Source: Dictyostelium discoideum (lineage: Eukaryota). Taken from it: a DNA stretch of 64,000 nt. Under the pieces are notes generated by a model. It was given only the letters and a program-made list of their open reading frames with translations, did no database searches and was not told the DNA's origin. Of the stretch, positions 11,486-22,391 are shown piece after piece. Made by a program: the position numbers and the translations under genes. Positions within the stretch are counted from its first letter, which is position 1. Each line of letters begins with the position of its first letter. The stretch is from assembly GCA_000004695.1 (NCBI GenBank), contig CM000154.2, forward strand, positions 4,864,001 through 4,928,000. Direction: 5' to 3'.

Positions 11486-11815
11486 TTATACTTTTACATT
11501 TGCACCAGTTGTAGTTTTAGCATTAATATTGGTAAGACCAGGTGCACTAAGAGTGGTATTGGTGTTTGCTTTAACACTTGTATTTGCGAGGACTGAAATT
11601 TCATTTGTACCAAATTCACCAACATTCAATGATGAATTGAAAATTTGGTTTGATCCTGATGATTTGATTGAACCGAATTTGGAGATTGAGTCTAAAAAAA
11701 GAAATAATTAAAAAAAAAGGAAAAAATAAAAATAATTAAAACTTGTTTTTTTTTTTTAAATATGAGTTAATTAATTTAAATAATAATAATAATAAAAATT
11801 ACTAATTAATGTCAT
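11486..11815 (-). CDS. HssA/2C/7E-family-like small Ser/Gly/Asn-rich protein (~72 aa). Exons 11815..11803 (13 nt) and 11691..11486.
   Basis: ATGACATTAATTA|GTAATT: a 13-nt first exon (MTLI + 1 nt) followed by a ~110-nt AT-rich intron. Acceptor ttttttag before 11691. Product MTLINSISKFGSIKSSGSNQIFNSSLNVGEFGTNEISVLANTSVKANTNTTLSAPGLTNINAKTTTGANVKV. Gene structure (MTL... start, early phase-1 intron) and composition match the Dictyostelium hssA-like genes as I remember them. Confidence 0.5.
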
Positions 11816-12259
11816 TTTATTAATTTTTTTTTTTTTAATTTTTTAATAATTATTGTTTTGATTGGATATTTAAAAAATAGAATTTATTTAAATCCTTTTA
11901 TACTTTTTTTTTTTTTTGGACTCAAAAAATTTTTTTTTAAAAATTTATATCTTTAATTATTTAAATTAATTAAAATTAAACACTGGGTTTAATTACTATA
12001 TTTATAAATTGTCAAGTGTGTGTTGGTGTGGGTTGTGTTAATAAAAAAAAAAAAGATAAATTACCAATTATAAGAAAAATCTCACACATTTTTTTTTTTA
12101 ATTTACCAAAGTAAATTAATATATCATTATTTTGAAATTATTATAAATAATATTTACAATAAAAAATAAGAAATATTTATCAAAGTTTCTAAACAGTTGA
12201 GTCACTTTGTTCTATTTTTGTTACTTTTTTTTTTTTTTACTACCAAATAATTTTAAATT

Positions 12260-12291
<32 letters not shown>

Positions 12292-12516
12292 AACCTAAAA
12301 CACTAAAACTACTCTAAAAAAAAACTTTATTTTTGAAACACTATATCCTTTATTCAAAAAAAGAAAAAGCTAGTATTTCTTTTCGAAATTGTTTAATAAG
12401 GAAAAAAAGTGTTTAAAATAATGTAAAACTGAAATTTAAATTATTATTTTTTTTTTTAGGAAATGAATTTCGAGTTTGGGTGTCTTTTTAAAAATTATTA
12501 ATAATTTTACCAGTTT

Positions 12517-12519
<3 letters not shown>

Positions 12520-12609
<90 letters not shown>

Positions 12610-12630
12610 TTAATATTAATATTATTATTT
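12520..12630. repeat. (AAT/ATA)n intergenic microsatellite
   Basis: Uninterrupted aataataat... run of ~100 bp, then (attaat)n. Confidence 0.9.
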
Positions 12631-12762
12631 TATTTATTTATTTATTTATTTTATATATATTTGTTTTTTTTTGATAAAATAATTTCTTTTATTTTTTTTA
12701 TTATTTTATTAATTTTTTATATTTGTTATGATAATTTTTATTTTTTATTTTATAAAAAATAA

Positions 12763-13758
12763 TTATAATAATTTTGTTAAGAGATTGACAGAGTCGGTAA
12801 ACTTATCACTAAAGGTAACTTTTGAAATTGAGTTTTTAACGGATGTACTGATTGAGCCTGATGGTCTATAATCTTTATAGGTCATTAAAATTGTACCTAA
12901 ACCACAAATACATCTCATTATTAAATCTGGATCAGATTCTGTTGAAATTACTAATGACATACATTCAACATACTTATTAACAATCTCTGTATTTATTTGA
13001 TTATATTGAGAATAAACTGAAATACTAATAAAATTTTGAAAATATATATATTTTTTAAAAAAAAAAAAAAAAAAAAAAAGTTAATATGCATGTAAAATTA
13101 ATTGAAAAAAAATGAAATATAAAATGGAAAAAAACTTACTTTAATAAAAATGTTGATAAAGCAGTTGAATAAGATTTGTTTGAATTTGGTGAAAGTTTTT
13201 GATAGATTGATTTAATTGATTCTAAAATTTGTGGATTTGAGAATAATCTTTGAGTTAATAAAGTACGAAGTGGTTCATGACGGAACATATTTGAAAAGAT
13301 TTTCAAAGCCAACATTTGATTATTCATAACGGTGGATTCTTGTACAATTTTAAAGAGAATAACCAATAGATTATATCTTGATGAAGCTCTATTCTCGATG
13401 ACCATAGATTCAAAGGTCTTTGAAGCACCAGGATGTAGAACCATAACACGAATAACATCAAGGATCGTATAAACTTTATCAGCTGGCCAAGTTAACATTT
13501 TGAAAATAACTTTATATTGATTATCACTAAACGATGAGGAATGATAACGTGATGTCTCTCTGAGTGTTGCTAAAATTCCCTTAAACAATGAAATCTCTTG
13601 TTCATCTTCATCCAATGAAATTGATTTTGTATTTGCATTTGATGAAAGTTGATCATTAAATTCTAATGCTTTAACTAATAATGATTCACTATTTGCTTGT
13701 TCAAATAATGTATAAGTTGCTTGTGGAATTAATGATGTTGGTTTAATATTAAAATCTC

Positions 13759-13816
<58 letters not shown>

Positions 13817-15195
13817 GTTATTGTTATTATTATTATTATTATTATTTGAACTATCTGGAATATATCTACTTGGAACTGTAAATGAATCACTTGGTGAACT
13901 ATAGTTATTATTATTATTATTGTTATTTGAACTACCTGGAATATATCTACTTGAACCAGTTAATGGGTCACCTTGATTTGGAGTTGCTTCAAAAGTCATT
14001 GTATCTTGACCAGAATTTTTAATTATGAATTGAGCGACTTGATCAAGGAATTCTTGACCTAAATCATTTTTTAAGATAAAATCTTGAGCGACAGTGTAAG
14101 GATTTTCAGTGAGATCGTAACCAATTTTGTACATTACACCATCACCAACATCAACATCGAAAATATAATCATACTCTCTACCATTGAGTACACCTTTTGA
14201 ACTATTTCTACTGGCAGCATTAGCATCTACAACCTCACCGATTTTAATCCATTTAGCTTCAGATGCACTCCATTGATGAGCTTCAGCGATTTTACCATTC
14301 TTTACAACCTTTAATTCACCATCTTTAGTGCCATCGGCAATCAATGCTTCATTGACGTCTTGTAATTCATTCATTTTAATATCACCAACATTATCAGACA
14401 TAATAGTTTGAGCTGCTAAATTATCTTGATATTGTTGTACCTCCTCTTGAGTTGCAAATCTTTTTTCATTTCTAGTCCAAACATAACCAACACCATCTGC
14501 ACAGCCAGTGATAATATCGCCATTGGGTGAGTATGATAAATCCCAAACTCCAGATGGATGAGTCAAGGTTTGAACATTCTCACCGTCTCTCCAAATACGT
14601 AAAGTTCTATCCTCACCAACTGAAGCAAACCCAAAGTTTGGAATATTGATAACGGCATAAACAAATGAACTATGACCTGACAACTCTTGAACCAATTCAC
14701 CATCGATTGTCCAAATGAAAACGGTACCATCATTACTACAACTTGCAAACCCTAAATCTGGAATAACTGCCAATCCTCTAACACAATCCTTATGTTTTTT
14801 CAATGTCTTTATCACTGAATAATTTCCTTTACCATTTTGTTCCCAAATCTTTATAGTTTTATCTGCACTTGCTGATACTATATTTCCATTTTGTAATCCA
14901 ATAACTGACCAAATTGATGCTTCATGTCCTGATAATGTTGTTAAACATTCACCATTTTCCCAAACTTTAATTGTTCTAAAATAAAAATAAATATATTAAT
15001 ATTAATATTTTATAAATATATAGAATTTAAAATAATAATAATAAAACTTACTTATCCCAACTACCAGAGATAATCAAACCATCATTTGTTACACCAAGTG
15101 TTGAAACTGAATCATTATGTCCTAATAACATTAATGATGGTGCACCACCTTCATTACCTTTTTTACTACTATTATTATTATTATTGTTATTATTG

Positions 15196-15239
<44 letters not shown>

Positions 15240-15551
15240 TGATGAATCTCTTGGAAAAGCTGATTTTTCCCAAACACAAATAACTTTATCATTACCACCA
15301 GATGCTAATGCACGTTCAGCTAATAATAATGATGGTGGTAATGATACAACTGTGCCAACGAAATGAGTGTGACCATGTAATTCTATACTTGAATAATTAT
15401 TTGATGGATCCCAAACTCTAATTGAATGATCTCTTGAACCTGTAACTATTCTACCATCTGAAAGTACACAAACACTTCTAACATCTTTTGAATGTCCATG
15501 TAATGATTTTGAAAGTTTATATGTTGTATTATTATTTGTTGTTGTTGTCAT
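12763..15551 (-). CDS. PLAA/Doa1(Ufd3)-like protein: N-terminal WD40 repeats, central PFU domain, C-terminal PUL (ARM-like) domain (~865 aa). Exons 15551..15052, 14975..13140, 13024..12763.
   Basis: ATG at 15551 (MTTTTNNNTTYKLSKSLHGHSKDVRSVCV). WD40 GH/WD dipeptides repeated (LHGHTHFV...IRVWD, LLGHNDSV...SGSWDK, LSGHEASIW, LKKHKDCVRG...IWT, LSGHSSFVY...RIWR, TLTHPSGVWD). GTAAGT donor after 15052 (phase 2), acceptor attttag before 14975. PFU-like segment AHQWSASEAKWIKIGEVVDA...REYDYIFDVDVGDGVMYKIGYDLTENPYTVAQDFILKNDL. GTAAGT donor after 13140 (phase 2), acceptor ttattag before 13024. PUL-like C-terminus to TAA 12763. Two (AAT)n-encoded poly-Asn tracts. Confidence 0.8.
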
Positions 15552-15943
15552 ATTTATAATGAAATTAAAAAAATAAAAAAATAAAAAAAATAAAAAAAAA
15601 CACACAAAAAAAAAGATTGTGTGTGTGGAAAATATTATAAAAAAAAGAAAATAAGAAAAAAAATTGAAAATTAATTTTTATATTAAATTCCAACTTCACA
15701 AAAAAAAAATAAAAATAAAAAAAAATAAAAAAAAAATAAAAAATAAAAAAAAAAAAATTCCCCTAATTAATTTTGTATAATTTTCTACAAAAATGGAAAT
15801 GATTTATAATTTATTTTTTTTATTTATTTATTTATTTCATAGCAATATTAAATAATAATTTTTTTTATTTTTTTATTTTTTTGTTTTTTTTATAAATTCA
15901 CTTTTTCACCAACAAAGAATTATTATATATATATATATGTTAA

Positions 15944-16753
15944 ATGAATAAAATATTAAACTTTAAAAAAAAATTACAAAATAATAATAATAATACAAAC
16001 AATAATAATAACAATAATAATCCAAAAGCATCAATATTAAAAAATAATAATAATGATAATACCAATGATAATTTAAAAAGTAAAATAGTAGTTAAATCAA
16101 CACCTGTAATACAAAAATCATCATCATTTGCTAATGTTCCAAATTCAATTAATGTCAATACAAGTAGTAGTGGAAATAAAAATGGTGATAAACCAATTTT
16201 ATTACAAAGTATGTTTAATAAAGGTAAAAGGTCAAATGAAATAACAAATAGAAAAATTCCACCTCCTTTCTCTGAAGACTCATTTTATAAATCAGGAGTT
16301 ACTTCAAAAGTTTCAACAACAACTACAACAACCTCTTCAACTTCAAAACCAATATTACCTCAAACAATAACAAAACCAAATAAAACAAATGAAACAATAG
16401 TACCAATACCACCAATTAAAAAACCAATATCTAATAATAATATTAATTATAACAATATAAATATTCAACAATCTTCTTCAACTTGTACAATTTCAAATAG
16501 AGTTAGAGATAATTTATTTTTATTAAAAGAAGAGAGTAAGAGTGAATATAATATTAGAGTAAATGAAATTGAAAAAAAAGTAATAAGTAATAACAATATT
16601 GATTATAATGATCCATACACTCAAACAATACAAAAGATTATAATGGTTGAAAAAGAAATGATTGACACTTTTTCTGCAATGATTGAATTTCAACCATTAC
16701 AAAATTTAGCACAAACCCAAATTCTTAAATCATCATCAAGATTATCATCAAAC

Positions 16754-16799
<46 letters not shown>

Positions 16800-16837
16800 G
16801 TAATTTATTATTTTTTTTTGACGATCAAAATAATTAA
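15944..16837 (+). CDS. Hypothetical Asn/Ser/Thr-rich low-complexity protein (297 aa), single exon.
   Basis: ATG 15944. Continuous ORF, divergently oriented from the PLAA-like gene. Composition dominated by N/S/T/K runs; no recognisable domain. Confidence 0.4.
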
Positions 16838-17193
16838 ATAATATTTTAATAAAAATATTATAGTAATATTATTATTATAAAAAAAAAAAAAAAAAAAATA
16901 TCCAACCCCCGTGGACATGGACATGTACCAAAAAAAAAAAAAAAAATAGTAAAAAAAAAAAAAAAAGTGTCTTATGTCAAAAAAGAAAAAATGTCAAAAA
17001 ATTTTAGATGATCTTATAGAATGTGCTTTGCTTGCAATTGATGTACCCAAAAAGAAATAAATACAATCCAAGTTACACAAAAATAAATAAAAAGTGAAAA
17101 GAAGTTTCTCTCCAAAAAAAAAAAAAAAAAAAAAAAAATAAAAATAAAATTAAAAACAATAAAAAATAGATATTTTCCAAAAATCCTGGTGGT

Positions 17194-17232
<39 letters not shown>

Positions 17233-17626
17233 TTAGTTGGTTATATGCTTAAAGTAAAAAAAAATAAAAAAAAAAAAAATAACAAAATAAAAAAAATAAA
17301 AAAATAAAATATTTTTATTTTATTTTAATGCATTCTTTTTTGATCATTCTATTTTTTTTTTTTATTCTTTATTTTTTTAATAAGTGACAACGATTGGAAA
17401 TAAATTTCCACACCCCCAATCATTTTTTATATTTTTAGTTGAAAAAAAAAAAATATCTTACAATTTTCGAAAAATCTTTTTTTTTTTTTTATTATTTTTT
17501 TTTTTCTTGAACCCATTTTTTTATTTTATTTTATTTTTTTTTTTTGCAGTATTTTTTTTTTTTTTTAGCCCCCTTTCAAACCATCACACACCTTTTTCCA
17601 CATCATAAAATAAAAATAAATGGACA

Positions 17627-18645
17627 ATGGAAACACTTGATAGTGTCATTAAAACAGCAACAGACCTAAAACCAAGTGGTTATTATGGTCAAGAAACTGA
17701 AAACAATAATAATACAAATAATAATGATAATCAAGACGAGGAAGAAACAATATCACAAATATTATCTTCAGTACCATCCATTTCAGCATCAAAATTTTTT
17801 TCACCTCCCCAACCACCTCAACCACCCCCACCACAACAACAACACCAACAACAACAAAAACCAATTGAATTAAAATGGAGGCAAACTAAAATACTATTGT
17901 CTTCAGACACAATACCCACTGGTATTAATAATAATATTAGTCCAGATTGTAATATAGAATCAAATACAACATTTAATACATCATCATCTTTACCAGTTCA
18001 ATTAACCAATAATAATGGTTATAATAATAATAATAATAATATAAATATAAACAATAATAATAATAATAACAATAATAATAATAATGAAAAGAATAATAAA
18101 AATAATGAAAAAAATAAAAATTTATCATATCATAGATATAGGAAAGGTAGTTATCAATCAATAATTGAAAAAGCGAAAGCATCAAAAGAAAAGAGAGCAA
18201 ATATTTTACGTGAAATTCAGACAACAGAACAAGCATATATTTCATTTTTAAAAGTTTTAGTTGATGTTTATTTAATGAAAATTAAAGATATTGGTATGTC
18301 TGATCAAGATATTGATGGAATTTTCTCAAATATTGAAGCTATTAAATTAGCCAACGAAGATATTCTATCGAAATTAAGAGAGAAAATTGAATTTCATTCA
18401 TCAAATTCATTTCCTGAAAATGTTGAAATCGCTGATGTTTTCTTAGAATTTGGACCATTCCTTAAAATTTATTCTATATTTGTAAATAATTATTATAATA
18501 GAGCAATTTCAATAATTAAATTAAATACAACAAAAAATAATAAATTTAAACTTTATTTAGCTGTAAGTTAATAATTAAATAATTAAATAAATAAAAAAAA
18601 TAAAAATAATACTAATATTATTTATTTATTTCTTTATTTATTTCT

Positions 18646-18732
<87 letters not shown>

Positions 18733-20580
18733 TTATAGGAATGTAAAAGTTTACCAGCATCAAAAAAATTAGATTTAAATGATTTAATGATTATGCCAAT
18801 TCAAAGATTAGTTAGATATGTATTATTATTAGAAGAATTAATACAACATACACCAGAATCAACAGAACCAAATGAACATAAAAAATTAATTGAAGCAAAG
18901 AATGTAATGAAAGATGTAGCATCATTTGTAAATCAATCAACAGTTGATAAACAAGGTCCATTAGAAACTTTAACAAGAGTTCAACAAACTTTAGGTCCAA
19001 AAACTGGTAATTTAATTCAACCACATAGAAGATTTATTAAATCTGGTGATTTAGTTAGAGTTGTACAAGTCCAAGATGATGAAAATGAAAATGATAATAA
19101 CAATAATCTAAATAATCCAAATGAAAATAAACCAAATAAGAATACTGATGATGGTGATGAAATTATTGAAAAAAGAATTATTAATATTTATTTATTTAAT
19201 GATTTAATAATTTATGCAATTAATAATAAATTTTGGAGAAAGATTTATTTAGTTGAAGTTTGGATTAGAAGTAAAGAGATTAAAGGATTACAAAATGTTT
19301 TTGAAATTTATAGTAAATCATTATCATGTATATTTCAAAATCAATTCTCTAGTGATAGTAGTAGTAGTTTTCAAGAGTGGTCATCTTTAATTCAATCTAC
19401 AATTAATAAATTATTAATTGATGATTCTGATGCAAAAGAAAAAAGATTTAATCTTTTAGAACAAGATGATCAAATTCAAAAAGATTTCACTTTTGAAGAG
19501 AGACAATTCTATTTCGAATCAATGAATAATCCTCAAAATCCTCAATTTAATGATATAAAATTATTTAAAGATTCATTAATTGAAGATGGTATTGTTGAAG
19601 ATAGGAAAAAGAAAATTGAAAGTTTAATTACATTTCGACCAAATATTCCTATTTTAGATCAACAACAAAGTAATAATAATAATAGTAATAATAATAATGT
19701 AGAAAATTGTAGAAGTAGTATTGGTAGTAGTAGTGGTGAAATTAATTTAAATAATAATATTGAACAGAATGGATTTTCTGATAGTTCAGATACAGGTGTT
19801 GCATTATCAGATAATTCAGATAATGAAGAAGCGAAAAAGAAAAGAAATACGTTAAAGAAAAGAATGGTATCTCAAAATAATTTAAATTATAATTCAAATA
19901 AAACCAGTGGTGTAACATTATTGACTCAACAATTAACTGGTAAAAATAAATCGTCGTCGTTGTTATCACATATTGCATTAACTAGACAGAATATAGTTAT
20001 GCAAGGTTATCTTACAAAAATTGGCGAAGTTGTAAAAAATTGGAAGAGAAGGTGGTTCATTTTTGAGAGTAATTATCTTTTCTATTTAAAGAATGAGCAA
20101 TCCTCAAAGGTGTTGGGTATAATACCACTAATTGGCTCAAAAATTGAAAATATCGATCAGACTTCATTCAACATTTCAACTACTTCAAGAACCTATTTAA
20201 TCATTGCTGATTCTCAAAATGAGCTTTCAAAATGGACAAAATCAATATTAGATTTTCATAATTCAAGAGATAATTTCATTAACAATATTAAACAACAATA
20301 TTCAAGTAGTAGTTCTTTAAAATTAATAAATAATCAACAACAACATCAAACTCAACAACAAACTCAACAACAAATTCAAAAAAGATTATCTTGGTTATCT
20401 GCTGCTTTACCAAATATTAATTCAAGTTTTAAAAAACCACCCCAAAATGATAGATCAAAAACAATTGCAAATTTTAGATTCACTCAAATCTTAAATGAAA
20501 ATAATAATATCCCACCAGATTCCTCTTTATCTAAAAGTGTTGATGCTTTAAGCTTAAGTAGTAATACTACCACCACTACA

Positions 20581-20618
<38 letters not shown>

Positions 20619-20694
20619 CGACTATGAAGATGATTGTGATAGTTTATCTTCAGAGGAAGAGTTTGATGATGAAGAAGAAGAATTTGATAGATAA
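17627..20694 (+). CDS. RhoGEF: Dbl-homology (DH) + PH domain protein (~963 aa), gxc-type. Exons 17627..18562 and 18739..20694.
   Basis: ATG 17627. DH motifs (ANILREIQTTEQAYISFLKVLVDVY, IFSNIEAI, LIMPIQRLVRYVLLLEEL). GTAAGT donor at 18563. Intron made of an (ATTT)n microsatellite. Acceptor tattatag ending 18738. PH-like IVMQGYLTKIGEVVKNWKRRWFIFESNYLFYLKN...SKWTKSI. Acidic C-terminus, TAA at 20692-20694. Confidence 0.8.
18620..18734. repeat. (ATTT)n microsatellite filling the RhoGEF intron
   Basis: tttatttatttatttattt... repeated ~25 times between the GTAAGT donor and the tattatag acceptor. Confidence 0.9.
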
Positions 20695-20943
20695 ATTTAT
20701 TGGTCAAAAAAAAAAAGAAAAAAAAAAAAAAGAAAAAAAAAAAAAGAAAAAAAAAAAAAAAAAAAAAAAATAGTAGTAACATTACAAATATCGATTAAAA
20801 TTTTAAATAAAATGATATTTTCTTTATTGGAAAAAAATAATAATAATAGTTTTTTTTTTTTTCTCTTTAATAAATAAGTTTATTTTTTTTTAAATTTTTT
20901 TTTTTTTTATTTTTTTTTTTTATTATTAAAATTACCTAATTAT

Positions 20944-21711
20944 TTATTTCCATTCATCATCATCTTCTTCTTCTTGTTGTTGTTGGTTATTTGATTCTAT
21001 TTGATCATATCTTTTCATTATATTACTTGCAAAAGAGTCACCAAGATTTGAATCACCAGAAAAGTTTGCAATATTATTACTGTCCATCTTTACAACACTA
21101 TCTACAAATATTGAATCACCAATAGTTTTAATTCTAACTTCATCACCAGATTTAAAAATTTTATGACTAAATTTATCAACATCTGCCCAAAATTCAAAAT
21201 AATTCTTTTTATTTGGATGTAAATTTTTAATTGCTTTTTTTGTTTATTTTAATATATAAAATTAATTAATAAATTAAAAATTAGAAAATTAAAAAAATAT
21301 ATATAAATATTTATTTAGTTAGTTACCATCATCATGAAAATTTGAAGGTAAAGAAGAATTTTTATTTCCATCTGAAATTGCAACTGATAGTTGATCAGCA
21401 TTAATTTTATCAACAAGAGTAGCTTGAACTCTATCAAATTTATTTAAGTAACCTTTTGTGATAGCAGTTGCTCTTGTCATTTTTGGTGGAATTTCAACAC
21501 CATCTTTCCAATTACGTTTTACTGCATTATCAAATTCAATTGTGATTGCAACATATCTAGTTGGTAATACTGTATCTTGTAGTGGTTGTTTTGCTTGTAA
21601 AAATACTGTATGAATATTATGTTTTTGTAAAATACCTTCAACTATAAATCCATCACCACCACAAAAACGTTCTTTAGTGAATGTTCCACTATAATTTGTA
21701 CTTGAACTCAT
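20944..21711 (-). CDS. Hypothetical conserved-looking protein (~224 aa) with acidic C-terminus. Exons 21711..21327 and 21233..20944.
   Basis: ATG 21711. ORF reads ...HDDGN* but contains GAT GAT G|GTAACT. Using this donor (phase 1) with acceptor aaaaaaag before 21233 joins in frame to a clean 288-nt open frame ([45 protein letters not shown]...[13 protein letters not shown]). The unspliced 130-aa model is the alternative. Confidence 0.4.
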
Positions 21712-21746
21712 TTTTATTTATCTATAAAATTAAAATTTTAAAAAAT

Positions 21747-21783
<37 letters not shown>

Positions 21784-22163
21784 CAACAAAAAAAAAAATC
21801 TAAAAAAAAAAAGGCATGCCTTTTTATTTTTCAAATAAATTAATTTTTTATTTTTTGGTTATTATTTTTCAATTACCAAATTAATTATTATTATTTTTTT
21901 TTTTTTTTTGTATTTTTGAGATATAATTTGTTATAAATATATCATATTTTTTTTTATATCTAGAAAAATTATAAATTCTTTAAAAAAAAAAATAAACTTG
22001 ATACGACTGACCCAGATGAAAATGTTTGGTGTGATTTATAATAATGATAACAAATCAAAAAAAAAAGAAAGAATAAATTTATTTAAATAAAAATGAATAA
22101 CCAAATAATAAATAATGGTTTCAAAAAAAAATTCTTTATTTATTTTTAAATTAATAGTATGAT

Positions 22164-22352
22164 TTACCAAAAATCTTTTCCTTTATTTTTTTTCATGATT
22201 TGGTCATGAATTAAATCCTCTTCACTATCACCTTCATCATTATACGATGCCTCTTCATAATCATCATCATCATAATAATCCTCATAATCACTGAGTGTAA
22301 TTGGTCTTTCTTTTGATTGTTGTTGTTGTTGATTTTTATCATTACCATCAGT

Positions 22353-22391
<39 letters not shown>

